Shown here: in pieces, positions 11,267-19,752 of the stretch
Numbering within the stretch: the first letter of the stretch is position 1
Layout of the letters: each line of letters starts with the position of its first letter
NCBI GenBank assembly: GCA_051294375.1
Contig: JBJCIZ010000899.1
Location: 1-19,752, forward strand
From: Paraspadella gotoi
Taxonomy: Eukaryota; Animalia; Chaetognatha
Direction of reading: 5' to 3'
Length of the DNA: 19,752 nt
Notes under the pieces: generated by a model
Told to the model about the DNA's origin: nothing
The model's database searches: none
The model's input: only the letters and a program-made list of their open reading frames with translations
Program-made: the position numbers and the translations under genes

Positions 11267-11274
11267 ATGTCACT

Positions 11275-12620
11275 TCGCGGCCAGGATAGCCAATTTTACC
11301 AATTACTCGACGCTACCGGCCTGTGCACGCCAACATTTGAAATCAAAGACCTAAACATGGATTCGTCATTACATCACGACGCAAGGACGCCCGTGCAAGC
11401 ACGTGCGCGCCGCCTATCCCCAGAAAAAGCTAGCGTGCCAGGCTGAACTGGATAAAATGGTGGAGCTGGCGTTGCCGTTCGAGCCCAAAATCCATGGTCT
11501 CTCCACTACACTGCGTCCCTAAAGGAGACGGAGGGTGGCGATTGGCGGCGACTACCGCCAACTGAATGCACAAACGATTCAGATCGATATCCAGTAAAAA
11601 TACTTGCGGATTTTCAATGCCCAGTTGGCTGGAAAAAAGGTCTTCTCGAAAAATTGACCTTTTGAAGGGCTACCACCAGATTCGGTGGCCACGGAGGACG
11701 TCCCAAGACGGCGGTCATCACGCTTTCGGCCTGTATGTCTTCTGCGAACTCCATTTGCCTGAAGAACGGCAGGCCAAGACTTTCAGCGCCTCCATGGATG
11801 AAATACTCGGCGGCATGCCCGAGTATACGTCTTACCTTGACGACATCCTGCGTAGCGAGCGAGGACGACGCCAACACGCCAAGGATCTCGAAGACGGTCT
11901 TCACAGCACGTTCAGGAGAAACGGCGCCTCGTAATCAACAGGAAGAATGCATTCTCGGCCAGGAATCCCTGGAATTCCTCGGTTATCACGTAGACGCCAG
12001 CGGCGTGAAACCTCTCCCCCAGCGCGCGACGCCGCCTTCGCCAGACCACGCGCCTTCGACCGTCAAGGAACTACAAACGTTCCTCGATGGTGAACTACTA
12101 CCGAGATTCATTCGAGAGTTCACATCATGCAACACCGCTTTACGCCCTAAAAGGAAAGCCGCGGCGTTTGGATGGACGCCCAAGTTGCCAACGTGGATTC
12201 GACGCGTCAAGGAGGCTTTGGCAAAACGCTGTTCTTCTTCGCCACCCCCAAAACCGGCGCCTCTCTCTCACTGGACGACCGACGCGTCGGACCCGCCGTG
12301 GAGCCGTTCTAGAGCAGCGTGGCCAACAGGGCTGGGAGCCCTTGGCATTTTCTCAGCAAGTTGAGCGACGCCCCAAACGGAAATGGCCACCCTTGACAGG
12401 GAATTGTACGGCGCTTTTCGCGCCGTCAGAGCCTTTTCGCCCATGGTTGGAGGCCGGAGCATTCGTTCTCTATACGATCACATGAGTTGATCCACGCCTC
12501 CACAAAAAACAGAACCTCTACGGCCCGTCAAACATTCCACTCTCGGCTATCTCCGAGTATACGACGGACATTAGGCATGTCGAAGGAAAGGCCAAGTTGT
12601 GGCTGATGCCCTCTCGCGCC
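11275..12620 (+). pseudogene. pol: Reverse transcriptase and RNase H domains (multiple frameshifts)
   Basis: Motifs across frames: HYITTQG, QARARRLSPEK, NPWS..SPLHCVPKGDGGWR, GDYRQLNAQT, DRYP, KIDLLKGYHQI, YLDD (11833-11844), LEFLGYHV, ELQTFL, TTDAS, GWEPL, RELYGAF, EYTTDIRHVEGK, ADALSRP. Confidence 0.95.
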
Positions 12621-12779
12621 CAAAATCAGGGCTCCGTCATCTCCAGCAGACCTCTGAGCACCGAGAAGTCAGAACATTTTCGCCCTTCGTCGCCATCAGC
12701 AGTACAGCATCAAGGCATCGACCTCCGCGAAATGGCCGCAACAGGCCATGGACCGGGATTTTTTGTCGACTCTCCAAGA

Positions 12780-13880
12780 TCCCGCCACTTGGACTGCATT
12801 TTAGACGAATTCAGCTCGGCTACGAATCTATTGTGGTCGACCTCTCCAATGGCCCGCCAAGACCGTTCGTTCCAGAGGCTTGGCGCCGAAAATGTTTCAG
12901 AGATCCACAACCTCGGCCACCTGGCGTTGCGCGGACGCGAACGCCGTGGCCGAAAAATTGTCTGGCCTTCAATGCCGTGCGGAGTGACGCGTTGGGCCAC
13001 GTGAATGCGTCGCTTGCCAGCGCGCAAAAGGACGCGCCATGTTATTCCAGAAATTGGCGAGTCACCGTACCACCACATCGTTTCCACACGTACACGTCGA
13101 CCTCGTCAAAATGCCTTCATCAAATGGGTTCAACATATCTTTCTCACCGCCTCGACAGATTTACAAGATGCCGATGGCAGTACCCATCAAGGACATGACA
13201 GCCAGTCACCGTTGCCGACACCTTCGCGCATCATTGGGTTGCGTCTTCGGCATTCCTGCCAAATTAACTCAGATCGCGGCCACAGTTCTTCGACCATCTG
13301 GACGCAAACTCGCTAAGACGTGGGGCGCAAGCTCATTTAACGACAGCTTACTCCAAGGCGAATGGATTGGTCGAGAGATTTCATCGCCGTCTCAAGGAGT
13401 CCCTCATAGCAATCGGCAACGGACAATCCCAAACGGCTGGTACTGGAGGCTTTCCCTCAGCACTCCTCGCATCCGCACCACCATCAAACCGGATGTAGAC
13501 GCCTCACCAGCCCAGCTGGTCTACGGAGATGCCCTCTACGGTTCCTGGCGACATCCTCGGCCCAAGTCAAACTGAGGCAGAAGAGAGAGAAGCTCGTCGT
13601 CGCCTCAGGGGATGAGCTCAGAGTCGAAGTAGAGCGGCTCCAGCCCGCGCCACCAGCCGACACGAGTACTCGAGTCCACCTTCGGAGTCTCACCGTGACA
13701 GTCTTTATTCGACCAATCGTCGACAACACGTCTTCATCCACCGGCGTGGCGGCATCAATCCGCCTTTCACCGCCCCGTACGAGGGCCCTTCCGTGTCACA
13801 GCGCGAGATAGCCAGAATTTTAAAATCGACATCCCCGGCAGAGGTATCGGGACTGTCGCTATAGCGAAGTAAAACCGGCC
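12780..13880 (+). pseudogene. pol: Integrase: HHCC zinc finger, DDE core, GPY/F module (frameshifted)
   Basis: RPFVPEAWR, IHNLGH, KIVWPSM, FPHVHVDLV, DRFTR, AVPIKDMTA, FGIP, INSDRG, NGLVERFHRRLKESL, IRTTIKPD..ASPAQLVYG, and PYEGP..FRV near 13775-13800. Confidence 0.93.
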
Positions 13881-14316
13881 ACATCGACGATGACGAGGAC
13901 GACGGCGAACCCCGCAAAACGAAGCTTTCCCGGAGCCACAGTGCCGCATCACCCCTCCAGATCGCCAACGTCGCGTTGTCTCCCCTTCGAGGCCAAATCC
14001 GCACGGAAACAGATTCCCACATCAAGAGGAACAAGTTCCGGCCACGCCCACCCCAGCGTCGACGTCTCCCGAGCTCCACGCCCACCGGTGCCATCACGTA
14101 CGATACCATCTCCGACGCCGCGTCAACGACGCCGTTCCGGCCTACGCCCTCGTCCTCCGAGCAAAGCGCCTGACACCGGTTGTCACCCAGCGCCAACGCG
14201 GCGACTCGCCCAGATTAACGCCGCCGTCCTAACGACACATCATCTTTCAGCAAAACGATGGAATCAAGCCCAACCGTGAAACGAACATATCCTCGTCTCC
14301 TTCGCTTCCTCGATCT

Positions 14317-14339
14317 GGGGGGATGTGGGATTTGATCCC
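14317..14339 (+). other. Polypurine tract and start of the 3' LTR
   Basis: GGGGGGA (14317-14323) immediately precedes TGTGGGATTTGATCCC, which resembles 8009-8026; 25 N follow. Confidence 0.85.
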
Positions 14340-16878
14340 NNNNNNNNNNNNNNNNNNNNNNNNNTTACCCTGTTTTCGATTGTGTTTATATAAATAGAAT
14401 AGATACTCCACGCAATCACCACAACGTTAAACTAAGATTTCGTCATTTTAAAACTCTCCTTTCGCGCAGACATGAGATTCAAATCGTCATGTTTGTCCGA
14501 TATTCTGGTTCTGACGGATGAAAGTTGCTTTTATCGCCAAACCAACACAGCGTGAAAATCGTTAAAGTCTCTTTGGTGTTCTGGCCATAGATTGGCACCA
14601 TCGAATCTGAGTCGACTCTCCCCTTCAACTCTCTCTTTCGATCTTCATTCAAACTCCATCTCTCATCGTGATCGAGTCTTCGCCTCTTTTCCCGAACTCT
14701 CTCAGTTTTTATTTCTTTTTTTTTTTTTGCGTCTTGACATTAACTCGAGTCACGACCTTCGCGGAATCACGGCCTCGTCCTTCCCCTTCCCCTCGACCAG
14801 TTCACATGGCCTCTCATCCCTACATCCATCACCCGACTCACCTCCATACTTCACAACATCGCTTCCCATTTCATCTCATAAGGCTTCACTCTTCACTTTC
14901 TATGTAGTTGTCCTGGGTAGCGAGGCAGTATGAAATTTTATGCGATCCACTCTACTAAATATCCTGCCACCTTCAACGCTTTTTCCCCCATCTCCACTTT
15001 CCCTCTTCTTACTTTCTATTTTTCTCGCCCTCTCTCACTCTCACTCACCTCGCGCCATTTCTTCACGGACTCACGCAGCCCCTTCACCCGTCCATTCGGG
15101 CGGTGAGGCGATCGTCCCGAAATGGTTATGGACTGACGATAACAGTTAAACGCGCGNNNNNNNNNNNNNNNNNNNNNNNNNNNNNNNNNNNNNNNNNNNN
15201 NNNNNNNNNNNNNNNNNNNNNNNNNNNNNNNNNNNNNNNNNNNNNNNNNNNNNNNNNNNNNNNNNNNNNNNNNNNNNNNNNNNNNNNNNNNNNNNNNNNN
15301 NNNNNNNNNNNNNNNNNNNNNNNNNNNNNNNNNNNNNNNNNNNNNNNNNNNNNNNNNNNNNNTTTTTAGTTGCGAATGCAATTGTTTTCGTTCGATTGTA
15401 GCCAATGACGACATCACTTGTTTATTCCAAAGCCCCGAGCTCTCTTCTCTTCATTCATGGAACAAAAATCCTTCCGATGCGCCATTTCATTTTTTTCCCG
15501 GTTTCCGCACAAAAAAAAGAAGAAAAAGGAAAGAAAATAGTTTTTTTTCTCCATTTTTTCGTCTTCCATTCATTGTCGTTCGCTTTTTCCGATGTTTACA
15601 TGTTTGTTTTCTTTTTCCTCCGCTTTCCTCGCCGCCAGTCTTTTACTATCTTTCCTCTCTCTNNNNNNNNNNNNNNNNNNNNNNNNNNNNNNNNNNNNNN
15701 NNNNNNNNNNNNNNNNNNNNNNNNNNNNNNNNNNNNNNNNNNNNNNNNNNNNNNNNNNNNNNNNNNNNNNNNNNNNNNNNNNNNNNNNNNNNNNNNNNNN
15801 NNNNNNNNNNNNNNNNNNNNNNNNNNNNNNNNNNNNNNNNNNNNNNNNNNNNNNNNNNNNNNNNNNNNNNNNNNNNNNNNNNNNNNNNNNNNNNNNNNNN
15901 NNNNNNNNNNNNNNNNNNNNNNCTTTTATTCTCTTTCCTTATTCATCATATTTTTTTTTCATTGTATGCCTTCTTTCGTATTTCTCTATTTTTGTAACTA
16001 GAAGCTTTTTCCGTTTATATTTCCAATTCTTTTTATTGACTATGGTTATTCTCAAATGCCTTTTCATTTTATCGTTTTATTAAATCAATTCTAAATTAAA
16101 AGAATCTGTTTGNNNNNNNNNNNNNNNNNNNNNNNNNNNNNNNNNNNNNNNNNNNNNNNNNNNNNNNNNNNNNNNNNNNNNNNNNNNNNNNNNNNNNNNN
16201 NNNNNNNNNNNNNNNNNNNNNNNNNNNNNNNNNNNNNNNNNNNNNNNNNNNNNNNNNNNNNNNNNNNNNNNNNNNNNNNNNNNNNNNNNNNNNNNNNNNN
16301 NNNNNNNNNNNNNNNNNNNGGCTATTGGCTTTGCGGTGATGGTCCTTGGCAAGCTCTCAAATAAGTCACACTCTTCAAAGATTTTCTGTCGTCCTCCTCG
16401 TCTTTTCCTATCCACTTGCTGTCCATTGGAAGTGACTCAATCTCCATCAAAAGTGAGAGATAGAGAGAGGGAAGGGTGAGAGAGAGAGAGAAAGAGAGAG
16501 AGAGAAGGGCGTGTGAAAGATAAGTGGGAAAGGAGGAATCAAGGAGAGGGAGACGGAAGGAGAACGTAACATGGTGGAGACTGGTAAGAACAGGGTGGAC
16601 AAGAAAGAGAGGGAGCGATGGGCGGGGAAAGGGTCACCGCCGCATGTCTTCCCGTCTTAATTCGATTCCGGTTGCTCCGGGGATCTGGCTGCGGCGGGGA
16701 AAAAAAAGCGCGCTGCCGCAGCTGTTGCGGCGCCCGTCAAAAACACTGTCGCCGCAAGAGGGCTTTTCGTTCGATGGTTTTTTATATTTTTTTTCGCGCA
16801 TATGAACCAGAAATAAACATCGAAGAAAATTAATTTGGTAAATTAATTAAAAACTGCGCAAACTAAATATTTGATTAG

Positions 16879-17150
16879 TCAACGAAGGAAGGAATGAAAA
16901 AAATAAATCAACCGATAAACATAAAAAAGAAGAAATGAACAAAACACCGAAGGAAACACTGGAAGAATCATTGAAGCAAACACCGAAGAAAACATTGCAA
17001 GAAACACTAAAGGAAACAATGTTGGAAACATTAAGGAAACACTGAAGGAAACACCGTAAGAAACACAAAAAGAAACACCAAAGGAAACTCAAATAAACAC
17101 TGAAAGAAACGGTTCGAGAAACGCTGAAGGAAACATCGAAGGAAACGTTT
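16879..17150 (+). CDS. Probable exon encoding a KETx tetrapeptide-repeat region (unknown protein; 3' end approximate)
   Basis: After ...ATTTGATTAG the frame reads NEGRNEKNKSTDKHKKEEMNKTPKETLEESLKQTPKKTLQETLKETMLETL, then continues KETLKETP..KETPKETQ after single-base slips. The 12 bp units vary synonymously (Leu as CTG/TTG/CTA/TTA). Confidence 0.5.
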
Positions 17151-17596
17151 CATTTCTCATGTTTGGCAGCGGTTCGTCCCTCTCAGGGCCGCCGATACAC
17201 CGCAGCGCATATTTCCCATCCTCTCTTATTTTTTTCTTTTTCATCTCAACCTTTGAAACGAATTCGAAATTTCGAATCCGATAAAAGATTTTTTTTTTTT
17301 ACGAATTCCAAACAAACAAACGATCGAGTGGAAGAGAGAGCATTTCCAGAATGGCGAACAATGAATGAACGGATTGCAAATCGACAAACAATAAATATAT
17401 GAACTATACGATAAAGTACGATAAAGTACTTCTGTCCTAAATACATTTAATCGATTTGCGCTAAAACTTGTCAATTTTTATATTTTTAACATTTGAATAT
17501 TTATTAAATGCGGAGATAATGTAAAAAATTGTTTTAAGAATTTTAATATTTAAGAACGGAAAATCAGAGAGGTTATATTATTTTGTTTAACTTGTC

Positions 17597-18470
<874 letters not shown>

Positions 18471-19752
18471 CGTTGCTCCTCATCTCCAGTCATCTCTCCT
18501 CTCTATTCTTTCAATGGGGGCCGTAGACCTGCGTATATAAATCCAATCGTAACGCCTCATCACGCAAATTAAAGAATTGCAAAGATTAACTTGTTTTACA
18601 TATATGAACACTTTACGATTATTTTAAATAAAATGTTAAAAATACAAGCTCTATTGGGACCCAACTTAAAAAAATCATTGGTAAACTAAACAAAAAATAA
18701 TCGAATCGTGAACAATTGGTACACTTGTAAATTGTAAATCGACTATACCATCAACACAAAAAGAATTAAATCTTTGGCCTACCATTCTCTGAAAGGTTCA
18801 GAGTAAGTGACAGCATATGCTGTCATCTATCTGTTTACTTATTCNNNNNNNNNNNNNNNNNNNNNNNNNGTTGCTGTCAGAAAGTCGAAAGTTATGGAGG
18901 GGATGCGTGACATTCTGCTTCTCTATCCTACATTTTAATTAATTAAGGGGATTACAGTCAGAAAAACTGCTCGGCCAAAAGTCAGGAGTCACTACCCTTC
19001 ATCTTAATTTTTAATTGACATGTTATGAATCATCTTTAATTACAGTAGTTGCTGTTTGATTTTCTAGAAATTTGTGATATCGATTGATAGATAGTTATTT
19101 AGCCTAATAAATTATCATAAACCGTTTTTGGGCTGTAAGCACTTGAAGTTAGTTCCGTTAGAGCTGGACCTCCCTGTAAATGTAAAAAATGTAAAAATTA
19201 TATATATTTCACTATGTATTAGATTTAATTATATTATTTATATAAGTATATTCGTTTATAATGTAATGGGGAGAGGGATGTGAGCTTAGTGTCGTCAGTG
19301 TGGTGCTCAAAAAACATCGACCGTGACAAGTCACGTGACAGTCCTGACANNNNNNNNNNNNNNNNNNNNNNNNNNNNNNNNNNNNNNNNNNNNNNNNNNN
19401 NNNNNNNNNNNNNNNNNNNNNNNNNNNNNNNNNNNNNNNNNNNNNNNNNNNNNNNNNNNNNNNNNNNNNNNNNNNNNNNNNNNNNNNNNNNNNNNNNNNN
19501 NNNNNNNNNNNNNNNNNNNNNNNNNNNNNNNNNNNNNNNNNNNNNNNNNNNNNNNNNNNNNNNNNNNNNNNNNNNNNNNNNNNNNNNNNNNNNNNNNNNN
19601 NNNNNNNNNNNNNNNNNNNNNNNNNNNNNNNNNNNNNNNNNNNNNNNNNNNNNNNAGACTGTTACAACAAGAAACAAAAAATATAGTTCGCACGACTGTC
19701 CGAATAACTCGAAATGACACTATCGCTGTTAGGTCAAGTTGACCTCGGCTTA

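Larger units (their letters stand above)
8009..14364 (+). mobile_element. Ty3/Gypsy LTR retrotransposon, CsRn1/Kabuki-like, frameshift-riddled; 3' LTR mostly hidden in an N gap
   Basis: Inserted into TAGGAAATGCTTTACCC (empty site at ~3224-3240 on the minus strand). Domain order PR-RT-RH-IN. TGTGGAGATTGATCACCC at 8009 recurs as TGTGGGATTTGATCCC at 14324, directly after a purine tract. Confidence 0.93.
5802..17404 (-). repeat. Right arm (block B') of the inverted duplication, interrupted by insertions at 6954-7180 and 8009-~14364
   Basis: 5802-8008 mirrors 5192 down to ~3233 and 14365-17404 mirrors ~3229 down to 209. Many small indels. N gaps at 15157-15361, 15663-15922 and 16113-16319 sit where the left arm has CT/GA microsatellites. 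Confidence 0.95.

Noticed and set aside
15133-15156. CTGACGA-TAAC-A-GTTA-AAC resembling a second hammerhead core (mirrored at ~2365-2392)
   Set aside because: Lacks the invariant GAAA after stem II in both arms, has an impossible 1 nt loop and no NUH-bearing stem III.
209-17404. B and B' as giant terminal inverted repeats of a Polinton/Maverick, foldback or DIRS element
   Set aside because: The spacer between arms is only ~610 bp, no polB, ATPase, transposase or tyrosine recombinase motifs were seen, and no TSD is evident at the outer ends.
1-17404. Pure missed-adapter (hairpin read) artefact as the full explanation of the inversion
   Set aside because: The permuted A/B order and TSD-flanked insertions unique to one side cannot come from re-reading one molecule. 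Haplotype mis-scaffolding remains possible.

Overview
Eukaryotic, repeat-rich, error-laden draft sequence with no intact recognisable gene; most listed ORFs are low-complexity or frameshift fragments. A ~5 kb block B (209-5192) recurs inverted at 5802-17404, and a smaller block A (1-~190) recurs inverted at ~5312-5616, giving the permuted order A-B-spacer-A'-B' rather than a simple fold-back. The inverted copies carry insertions whose empty sites are visible in the left copies: (i) a ~6.3 kb Ty3/Gypsy LTR retrotransposon with CsRn1-like hallmarks (8009-~14364; LTR, PBS-like site, gag, PR, RT, RNase H, IN, PPT, 3' LTR start running into a gap), itself interrupted by a ~690 bp AT-rich insert; (ii) a 227 bp TG...CA solo-LTR-like insert with a 4 bp TSD (6954-7180); (iii) a 96 bp insert with a 6 bp TSD that carries a minimal type I hammerhead ribozyme motif of the Penelope-like kind (5433-5528). 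Block B also holds a probable spliced exon encoding a KETx tetrapeptide repeat. Three 25-N gaps and pervasive indels indicate long-read gap filling, so the large-scale structure needs read-level validation.
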